A DNA stretch of 64,000 nt, from NCBI GenBank assembly GCA_965224245.1, contig OZ245046.1, positions 1,696,001 through 1,760,000 on the forward strand, in the 5' to 3' direction. The notes below the pieces were generated by a model. That model searched no databases, was not told the origin of the DNA, and saw nothing but the letters and a program-made list of their open reading frames with translations. This document shows, piece by piece, positions 31,526-38,662 of this stretch. The position numbers and the translations under genes were made by a program. How positions within the stretch are numbered: the first letter of the stretch is position 1; every line of letters begins with the position of its first letter. Source of the DNA: Candidatus Eiseniibacteriota bacterium. Its GTDB lineage: Bacteria; Eisenbacteria; RBG-16-71-46; CAZAMP01.

Positions 31526-33805
31526 CTAGCAGCCGGCTCCTACCGATGGGCTCGACGACGCCTCGGCGATCGACTCCTGTTGATCGATGAAGTCCGCGAG
31601 CCGGGTCTGGATCTGATCCATCGAGATCAGTCGAAGATCGTGCGTATCCCCCTCCACGACGATGGATGGAAGCCCCGTCGCACGACTGAGACGAACCTCG
31701 AGGCCGTAGCGCACGTTGCTCTGCTCGGGAGAGGTCCGTCCGTCGTGGTAGAGGGCGGCATCCACCGCGAAGTCGCGGAACTGCGACGCGAGGAAGCCGG
31801 CCTTGTAGTCGTCCGAACGGTTCGGGAAGATCCGGGTGTAGGCGTGGGCCATGCTCTCCAGGGGGTTCGCGCCGTCGAGACCCTCGAGCGCGAAGATCCC
31901 GGTGTACGTGGCCGCCACCACGGCCGTCCGGTGCTCGAGAAACAGCTCGGCCAGCGGACGGAGCGCGCACCAGATGGGTGGACCTTCCCAGTAGAGCCGG
32001 AAGCGCTCGCCGGGAACCGCGGCCTGCTGATCGGCGACCCGCTGCTCGATCTCGGCCTTCAGGATCGTGTAGTACGCCACCGCCTCGGGCGTGCCTCGCA
32101 TCAGAACGATCGGCGCCATGTGGATGAGCAGATCGAAGAACGTCAGCGGCGCGGGCACGGTCCGGGCGAGCTCCAGGATCTCGCCCCACAGACGCGCCGC
32201 CTGGGCCGAGTAGTCCACGATCCGGGACAGCGCGGTCGTGTCGAGGCGCGTGCCCACGATCTCCTCCAGCCGCGCGGTGACGTGCTTGATCTGCTGCACG
32301 GACGCGTCGATCTCGAGCGAGCTCACCTCGCGAAGCGCGGCCGGCGGATGGAGTCCCAGCACCGGAACGGAGAAGCGCGTGCCGTAGTACTCGAACCAGC
32401 GGGCGAGACTGCGGCCGTTGTTCGTGTTGTAGACCACCAGATCGGGATCCGGCGGTCCCGCGATGCCGTAGACCGAGACGAGCGGGCTGTCGCCCACCAG
32501 CATCGCGCCGATGTCGCTCGTCATCGCCGAGCTGGCGAACTGGGAGAAGCCCTCCGCGAGCGCACGCGGGATGTACCGTCCCGCCTGCCGGCTGGCGCCG
32601 ATCAGGGCGGCGTGGTTCTCGGGGAAGTACGGCGTGATCCCGAGCGCCCGCAGGATCTCGACCGGCCCCATCCCCGAGCACCAGGCCACCGGACGATCCG
32701 GATCCTCGGCGGCGGCCTGGACGTCCCGGTAGTAGTCACGCAGGAGCTCCTTCAGCTGGTGCGCGGTCCGGAGCGGCACCCGCCCCTCCACCATCCCGCC
32801 CTCGCGGCTCATCCGCGTGGGCTTCACCGTGACGCGCTCGGTGGTCGACTGGAGGGTGTTCGAGATCTCGCGGCGCCGAAGCTCCTTGAGCCGCTCGCGG
32901 GATCGGATGAAGTGGACCAGCGCCCGGTTGTGCGGCGTGCTGAGACCGTGACGCTCGCCCTCCTCCACGATCGCGCCGTTGATGGCCTCCACCTCGGTGC
33001 GATTGCCCCGCGCGAGGTCCTGCCACATCGAGGGCCGGTTCTTTCCCAGCGCGGTCAGCGATCCGGTCACCGGCCGGAACGGATCCTCCTCGTCCACGAT
33101 CGGGATCCCCCTGGCCTTCATGACGGCGACGATCTCGTTCGTGAGGTCCCGCATGAAGTCCATGAGGTCGGGGTCGTCGAGGAGCTCGCGACACGTGAGC
33201 CCGGTGAGCGCGGACGTCGGGTTCACCACCGCGTTGTGGAGGAGCTTCTGCCAGATCGAGTTGTCGATGTTGTCGACGACCTCGGTGGCGAGGTCGGCTT
33301 TTCGGAACACCTCGGCGATCGTCTGCATCTGCGAGGTCGGGCGGCCCTGGTAGGGCGCGATCTGGATCGGCTTGATGCCGACGCGGTAGCGGAGGCGGTT
33401 CGGCCCGACGTGCTGCACGCTGTGGTAGGTGATCCCGCAGAGCACGCGCTCGGGGCCGACCGCGTCGGCGATCGTGCGCGTGTTCCCGATCCCGTTCTGG
33501 AGACTCAGGACGAGCGTGGACGGCGTCAAGACCGGACTCGTTTCCTCGATGGCGTCCCCGGTCTGGTAGCTCTTGACGGCCAGGAACACGAGGTCCGCGG
33601 GTCCGACGTCGCACGCGCTGTCGAGGACGTGGATGCGGACCTTTCGCTCGGTCCGCCCCGCCTCGGAGATGTACATGCCGTCGTCGTCGAGGAGTCGCGC
33701 GCGCGCGCGATTGCGCTCGATGAAGATCACGTCCTCGCCCGCCTCGGTGAGCTGGGCGCCGATCAGTCCGCCCAGCGCGCCGGCCCCGACGACCACGATT
33801 CTCAT
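31526..33805 (-). CDS. Fusion: ketopantoate reductase (PanE/ApbA)-like domain + 2-hydroxyacyl-CoA dehydratase-like subunit
   Basis: GAGALGG, SLQNG, WQKLLHNAVVNP, SMWQD..RTEVEAING; then PVAWC..PENHAA..VEGD in one open frame. Confidence 0.9.
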   Translation of the reverse strand: MRIVVVGAGALGGLIGAQLTEAGEDVIFIERNRARARLLDDDGMYISEAGRTERKVRIHVLDSACDVGPADLVFLAVKSYQTGDAIEETSPVLTPSTLVLSLQNGIGNTRTIADAVGPERVLCGITYHSVQHVGPNRLRYRVGIKPIQIAPYQGRPTSQMQTIAEVFRKADLATEVVDNIDNSIWQKLLHNAVVNPTSALTGLTCRELLDDPDLMDFMRDLTNEIVAVMKARGIPIVDEEDPFRPVTGSLTALGKNRPSMWQDLARGNRTEVEAINGAIVEEGERHGLSTPHNRALVHFIRSRERLKELRRREISNTLQSTTERVTVKPTRMSREGGMVEGRVPLRTAHQLKELLRDYYRDVQAAAEDPDRPVAWCSGMGPVEILRALGITPYFPENHAALIGASRQAGRYIPRALAEGFSQFASSAMTSDIGAMLVGDSPLVSVYGIAGPPDPDLVVYNTNNGRSLARWFEYYGTRFSVPVLGLHPPAALREVSSLEIDASVQQIKHVTARLEEIVGTRLDTTALSRIVDYSAQAARLWGEILELARTVPAPLTFFDLLIHMAPIVLMRGTPEAVAYYTILKAEIEQRVADQQAAVPGERFRLYWEGPPIWCALRPLAELFLEHRTAVVAATYTGIFALEGLDGANPLESMAHAYTRIFPNRSDDYKAGFLASQFRDFAVDAALYHDGRTSPEQSNVRYGLEVRLSRATGLPSIVVEGDTHDLRLISMDQIQTRLADFIDQQESIAEASSSPSVGAGC

Positions 33806-33847
33806 TGACCGATCCTCCCCACCGAACCGGCGCCGGCAGGTCGAGTC

Positions 33848-34621
33848 CTACCGGTTCTTCCAGATCGGCTTGCGCTTCTCGGTGAAGGCCGCGAGTCCCT
33901 CCTGCACGTCCTCGGTGATCATCAGCTCTTCCAGAAAGCGGCGCTCCGCGCGTGTGAGCAGCTCGGCGAACGGTCGCGCCTCGGCCAGCCGGAGTGCTCG
34001 CATGTTCATGCGCATGACCAACGGGCTCGCCCGGCGGAAGTCGTCGAGCGTCGCCTCGAGCGCCCCGTCGAGCTCTCCCTGCGGCACCACCCGGGCGACC
34101 AGACCGAGCTCGCGCATGGCCGCGGCGTCGTAGATCCGTCCGGAGGCCGTGATCTCGGCCGCGCGCGCCGGTCCCACGAGCGCCGGAAGCCGGACGACCG
34201 CGACCGGCGCGAAGAACCCCAGCCGGATCTCCGGCTGACCGAACGTCGCGCGCTCGCTGGCCAGGAGCACGTCCGCCATCATGACCAGCTCGAAGCCGGC
34301 ACCCAGCGCCGCGCCGTCCACGGCCATGACGACGGGGACGTCCAGCGCGTCGAGTCGGCGGAACAGCTCCCCGAACGCCCCGATCATCGGGCGGACCTCC
34401 GACGGCGCGTGCTCACCGACGTCGGCCCCCGCGCTGAAGGCCTTGCCGTTCGCGGTGATGGCCACGGCCTTGAGCGAGTCGTCGTGCGCGACGCGGTCCA
34501 GCGCCGCCGTGAGCTCCCTCATCATCGCGGTGGTGAGGATGTTGAGGGGCGGCGCATCCAGCGTGACGTAGGCCACCCCGTCGCGCGTCGTGACCCGAAC
34601 GGTTGCGGTCTCGGTGCTCAT
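33848..34621 (-). CDS. dch: Enoyl-CoA hydratase, probable cyclohexa-1,5-diene-1-carbonyl-CoA hydratase
   Basis: APPLNIL, FSAGADVGEH, GQPEIRLG, EGLAAFTEKRKP; bcr/had/oah context. Confidence 0.75.
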   Translation of the reverse strand: MSTETATVRVTTRDGVAYVTLDAPPLNILTTAMMRELTAALDRVAHDDSLKAVAITANGKAFSAGADVGEHAPSEVRPMIGAFGELFRRLDALDVPVVMAVDGAALGAGFELVMMADVLLASERATFGQPEIRLGFFAPVAVVRLPALVGPARAAEITASGRIYDAAAMRELGLVARVVPQGELDGALEATLDDFRRASPLVMRMNMRALRLAEARPFAELLTRAERRFLEELMITEDVQEGLAAFTEKRKPIWKNR

Positions 34622-35088
34622 GTCTTCACCTTCGGCGGCTCGGTGTCCGGCGTCCGGACCCACGTCGTGCCCGGTCGCTCCAGGCTGTAGTAGACGTGGA
34701 TCTCCTCCATCTCCTCGTACATGCGGGGAACGGCCTGGAGCGGCATCCCGATCTCCAGCGCGTCGGGCGGCGCGCTCTCCCCGAGCGGGGCGAGGAGCCG
34801 TCCTCCGTCCTCGAGGTCGAGCACCCCGACCCAGTAGACCCCGAGGTCCTCGAAGCCCGCGGGGGCGGCGTCGATCCTCGTGTACGTGACCAGCGTTCCC
34901 CGGCCCGAGACCTCGACGTACTCGAACTCGCTCCCGAGACAGCTCGCGCAGTCGGCGCGCGGCGGGAACGTCCGGGCGCCGCACTCGGCACAGCGTGACC
35001 CCATGATCCGGCCGTTCCGCAGGTGTCGCGCGAAGTCGGCGATCTTCGTGTGAGGACAGAAGCTGACCCTTCCGAACCACTCGAACAT
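34618..35088 (-). CDS. Zn-ribbon/OB-fold (DUF35) thiolase partner
   Basis: CAECG..PPRADCASC; adjacent to thiolase. Confidence 0.9.
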   Translation of the reverse strand: MFEWFGRVSFCPHTKIADFARHLRNGRIMGSRCAECGARTFPPRADCASCLGSEFEYVEVSGRGTLVTYTRIDAAPAGFEDLGVYWVGVLDLEDGGRLLAPLGESAPPDALEIGMPLQAVPRMYEEMEEIHVYYSLERPGTTWVRTPDTEPPKVKT

Positions 35089-35091
35089 GGG

Positions 35092-36246
35092 TCACTCCCT
35101 CCGGAACACGTGGACGAAGCAGTACTGACCGATGCCCCCCACGTTGTGCGTGAGTCCGACGTCGGCGTCGGCCACCTGCCGCTCGCCGCACTCGCCCCTG
35201 AGCTGGTGGACGATCTCGGCGGCCATGGACACGCCGGTGGCCCCGATCGGATGTCCCTTCGCCTTCAGTCCGCCGTCCACGTTGACCGGCGTCTTGCCCC
35301 CGACGTACGAGAGCTTCTCCTGGACGAACGCTCCTCCCTGCCCCTTCTCGCAGAAGCCGAGGTCCTCGTAGGCCATGATCTCGGCGATGGTGAAGCAGTC
35401 GTGCACGTCGGCGACCTTCACCCCGTCGGCCTCGATGCCGGCCATCGCGTACGCCTGGCGCGCGGCCTCCCGCGCGGCCGGGAGCCCGGTGAGATCCGGT
35501 CGGCGCAGGACGGACATGCTGGCGCTCGCGCACCCGAGGCCGTCCAGCCACACGACATCGTCGCGCATCGCACGCGCCCGCTCCTCGGAGGCCAGGACGA
35601 GACAGGCGGCGCCGTCGGCGTTCGCGCAGCAGTCGTACACCCGGAGCGGAGAGGCCACGGGGTCCGAGAGGCGCGCCTTCTCGCGCGTGATCTCCTTCTG
35701 GAACATCGCGCACGGATTGCGCGCGCCGTAGTAGTGGTTCTTGATCGCGACGTCTTCCAGCTGCTCGACGCTGGTGCCGTACTCGTGCATGTGGCGATGC
35801 GCGAACATCGCGTAGTAGCCGGGGAAGGTCGTGCCGAACACCGACTCCCACTGTACGTCGCCGACCCGGCCCATGAGGGCGAGCACCTCGGCGGTGCCGA
35901 GCTCGGTCATCTTCTGGCAGCCGACCACGAGGATCACGTCGTGCAGGCCGGAGCCGATGGCCATCCACGCGGTCCGCAGCGCCGCGGAGCCCGACGCGCA
36001 GGCCACCTCGGTGAGCCAGGTCGGCTTCGGGTTGAGGTTCAGGTACTCCTGGATCACGCCCGCCAGCGAGCGCTGCTTGTGGTACTCGGGGACCGAGCCG
36101 ATCACCGAGGCGTCGATGTCCTCGGCCGCGAGCCCGGCGTCCCGGAGGGCCTCTCGGTACGCCTCGAAGGCCAGCTCCTGGACGTTCGCGTCGCTGCGAC
36201 GCCCGAAGGGCGTGTGCCCGACGCCCACCACGCCGACCCGCCTCAT
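35092..36246 (-). CDS. SCP-x-type thiolase
   Basis: EVACASG, HDCFT, GGLKAKGHPIGATG, HNVGG. Confidence 0.92.
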   Translation of the reverse strand: MRRVGVVGVGHTPFGRRSDANVQELAFEAYREALRDAGLAAEDIDASVIGSVPEYHKQRSLAGVIQEYLNLNPKPTWLTEVACASGSAALRTAWMAIGSGLHDVILVVGCQKMTELGTAEVLALMGRVGDVQWESVFGTTFPGYYAMFAHRHMHEYGTSVEQLEDVAIKNHYYGARNPCAMFQKEITREKARLSDPVASPLRVYDCCANADGAACLVLASEERARAMRDDVVWLDGLGCASASMSVLRRPDLTGLPAAREAARQAYAMAGIEADGVKVADVHDCFTIAEIMAYEDLGFCEKGQGGAFVQEKLSYVGGKTPVNVDGGLKAKGHPIGATGVSMAAEIVHQLRGECGERQVADADVGLTHNVGGIGQYCFVHVFRRE

Positions 36247-36277
36247 CGGTCCGGTCTCCTCGATCGCGTCGCGTCCC

Positions 36278-37027
36278 TCACATGTACTGCCCTCCATCGA
36301 CCCGGATCACCGACCCGGTGACGTGCCGCGCGCGCTCGGTGCAGAGAAAGACGACCACGTTGGCCACGTCCTCGGGCTCGGCGAGCCGCCCGAGGACCGT
36401 CTCCTTCATCGACGCGTTCCGGAACTCCGCGGGGATCGCCCGGGCCATCTCGGTCATCACGAGGCCCGGCGCCACGGCGTTGACGTTCACGTTGAACTTC
36501 CCCAGCTCGCGCGCCAGGGCCTTGGTGAGCGCGATGTTCCCGGCCTTCGAGGCGGCGTAGTTGCTCTGGGCGTGCTTGCCGCGAAGCCCGTTGATCGAGG
36601 ACACGTTGACGATCTTCCCGTGTCGCTGGTCCTTGAAGATCCCGGCCGCCGCGCGGTTGTAGTTGAAGTAGCCCTTGAGATTGACGTCGAGAACGCGGTC
36701 CCACTGCGCCTCGGACATCTTCCACACGACCGCGTCGGCGGTGATCCCCGCGTTGCAGACCAGGATGTCGAGGCGTCCCAGCTCCTCTCGCGCCCGCTCG
36801 ACGATGGTCTCGGCGTCGGAGAAGTCGGCCACGTCGGCGGCGTACACCACGCATCGTACGTCCTCGCGCTCGATCGTCTCCCGGAGCCGCTCGGTCTCCT
36901 CCGTGGGCTTCCGGCACACGATCGCCACGTGACACCCCAGTCGTGCCAGCCCGAGGGAGATCGCGGCCCCGATCCCCCGGTTGCCGCCGGTGACGACGGC
37001 GACTTGCCGGTCGAGCTCTCGCTTCAC
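36278..37027 (-). CDS. SDR family oxidoreductase (FabG-like)
   Basis: TGGNRGIG, CNAG, YAASK. Confidence 0.93.
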   Translation of the reverse strand: MKRELDRQVAVVTGGNRGIGAAISLGLARLGCHVAIVCRKPTEETERLRETIEREDVRCVVYAADVADFSDAETIVERAREELGRLDILVCNAGITADAVVWKMSEAQWDRVLDVNLKGYFNYNRAAAGIFKDQRHGKIVNVSSINGLRGKHAQSNYAASKAGNIALTKALARELGKFNVNVNAVAPGLVMTEMARAIPAEFRNASMKETVLGRLAEPEDVANVVVFLCTERARHVTGSVIRVDGGQYM

Positions 37028-37031
37028 GCTC

Positions 37032-37994
37032 TCAGCTTCCCTTCAGCTCGGCTCCGCAGCGCCCGCAGTGCTGGAACTGCTCGGGGATCCCCTTCGCGCC
37101 GCAGGCGGGGCAGACGTGGCTCGGCGGACCCCACACGAACTCGCTGCTCCCACCGCTGGCCGCCAGGTCCCGGAGATGGCGGTAGCCGGCCTTTCGCTTC
37201 TCGACGAAGGCCGTCATCCCCTCGTAGGGCTCGGCCGACGTGAAGTGCAGGCTCAGCCAGTCGCGCGCGTGACCGATCGTCGCGTGCCACGCGGTCTCCT
37301 TCCAGTAGTTGAGCTGCTGCTTGGTGTACCGCGTGCACTCGGGGAACTTGTCGATGCAGTGCTGTGCGATCTCTTCGACGGTGTCGTCGAGCTTCTCCCG
37401 GGGCACGACGCGGTTCACGAGACCCCACTCGAGCGCCTGCTTCGCCGGGATTCGCGGGTTCAGAAACAGGATCTCCCGGGCTCGCCGGTCGCCCACGTGA
37501 ATCGAGAGCCACTGCGTCGCGCCGCCGCAGGCCACGCTGCCCACGCTGGTTCCGACCTGCGCGATGTACGTGTCGTCGGCCATCACGGCCAGGTCGCAGG
37601 CCAGCTGCGACTCGTTGCCCCCGCCCACGGCCATGCCGTTCAGCCGGGCGATCGTGACCTTTCCGCTCTTCAGGATGCTCTCGATGTAGCTGGAGAACAG
37701 ACCCATGTACTTCCAGTAGTGACGCGGTCGCTGCGTGTAGATCCCGGCGTACTCCTTGACGTCTCCTCCCGTGCAGAACGCCTTCTCCCCGGCGCCGGTG
37801 TAGACGATGACGCCCACCGCGTCGTCCTCCGACGCGTCCGTGAACGCGGCGATGAGCTCGCGGAGGGTGTCGGTGGTATAGGCGTTGTAGGCCTCCGGAC
37901 GGTTGATGGTGATGCGCGCCACCATGTCCTTCTTCTCGTAGAGGATGTCCTTGAAGGCCATCTCCGCCGCCGGTACCGAGGGGAAGTAGTCCAT
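37032..37994 (-). CDS. oah: 6-oxocyclohex-1-ene-1-carbonyl-CoA hydrolase-like crotonase
   Basis: YNAYTT, AFCTGGDVKEYA, GSVACGGAT; C-terminal CPACG..CGRCG zinc ribbon. Confidence 0.75.
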   Translation of the reverse strand: MDYFPSVPAAEMAFKDILYEKKDMVARITINRPEAYNAYTTDTLRELIAAFTDASEDDAVGVIVYTGAGEKAFCTGGDVKEYAGIYTQRPRHYWKYMGLFSSYIESILKSGKVTIARLNGMAVGGGNESQLACDLAVMADDTYIAQVGTSVGSVACGGATQWLSIHVGDRRAREILFLNPRIPAKQALEWGLVNRVVPREKLDDTVEEIAQHCIDKFPECTRYTKQQLNYWKETAWHATIGHARDWLSLHFTSAEPYEGMTAFVEKRKAGYRHLRDLAASGGSSEFVWGPPSHVCPACGAKGIPEQFQHCGRCGAELKGS

Positions 37995-38662
37995 CACGTC
38001 ATCTCCTTGCGCCCGGCCGGACCGGCCGCTCCGTGGGCTGTGCCGCCCGTGAGACCCGGCAGCACCAGATCGATCATCTCGTGGCCGAGCTCCGCGACCG
38101 GTCCGTCGCGCTCGGGCTCGAACCACGTGAAAATCCAGTTCAACATGCCGAACATGAACAGCGTGTAGTGGCGAACGAGCCGCTCGCGGTGCGGCTCGGT
38201 CATCCCGGCGGGCAGCAGGTCGCGGACGACTCCGGCCAGGATCTTGAAGTACTCGGCCCGGAGTCGCCGGACGCTCTCGTAGAACTCGCCCTCGAGGGAC
38301 TCCAGCTCGAAGGCGCAGACCTTCATCTCGTTGGTCTTCTCGGTGTAGAAGTGGAGGTGGTTCTCCACGAGCCGCTGGAGCTTCTCTCGCGGAGCGGCGT
38401 CCTCGTCGGAGATGGCCTGCTGTCGCTCCAGGAGGACCGAGAACGTGCGGTGCTGGATCTGGAAGAGCAGGTCGTCCTTGCTCTTGAAGTAGTAGTACAT
38501 GCCCGAGAGGCTGAAGCGGGTGACGCGGGCCACGTCGCGGATCGTGGTCTGGTCGTAGCCCTGCCGGGCCATGAGCTCCGAGGCGGCGTCGAGCAGACGC
38601 TCGCGCTTCGTCGGTGAGCCCACGCCGGGCTCAGTCGTCACCTGGGATCGCTCCGGGTCCAA
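37994..38662 (-). CDS. TetR family transcriptional regulator
   Basis: GYDQTTIRDVA..MYYYFKSKDDLL; FGMLNWIFTWF. Confidence 0.93.
   Translation of the reverse strand: MDPERSQVTTEPGVGSPTKRERLLDAASELMARQGYDQTTIRDVARVTRFSLSGMYYYFKSKDDLLFQIQHRTFSVLLERQQAISDEDAAPREKLQRLVENHLHFYTEKTNEMKVCAFELESLEGEFYESVRRLRAEYFKILAGVVRDLLPAGMTEPHRERLVRHYTLFMFGMLNWIFTWFEPERDGPVAELGHEMIDLVLPGLTGGTAHGAAGPAGRKEMT

Noticed and set aside
31526-33805. Housekeeping panE for pantothenate synthesis
   Set aside because: Fusion and operon context argue against it and no panB/panC are nearby, though it is not excluded.
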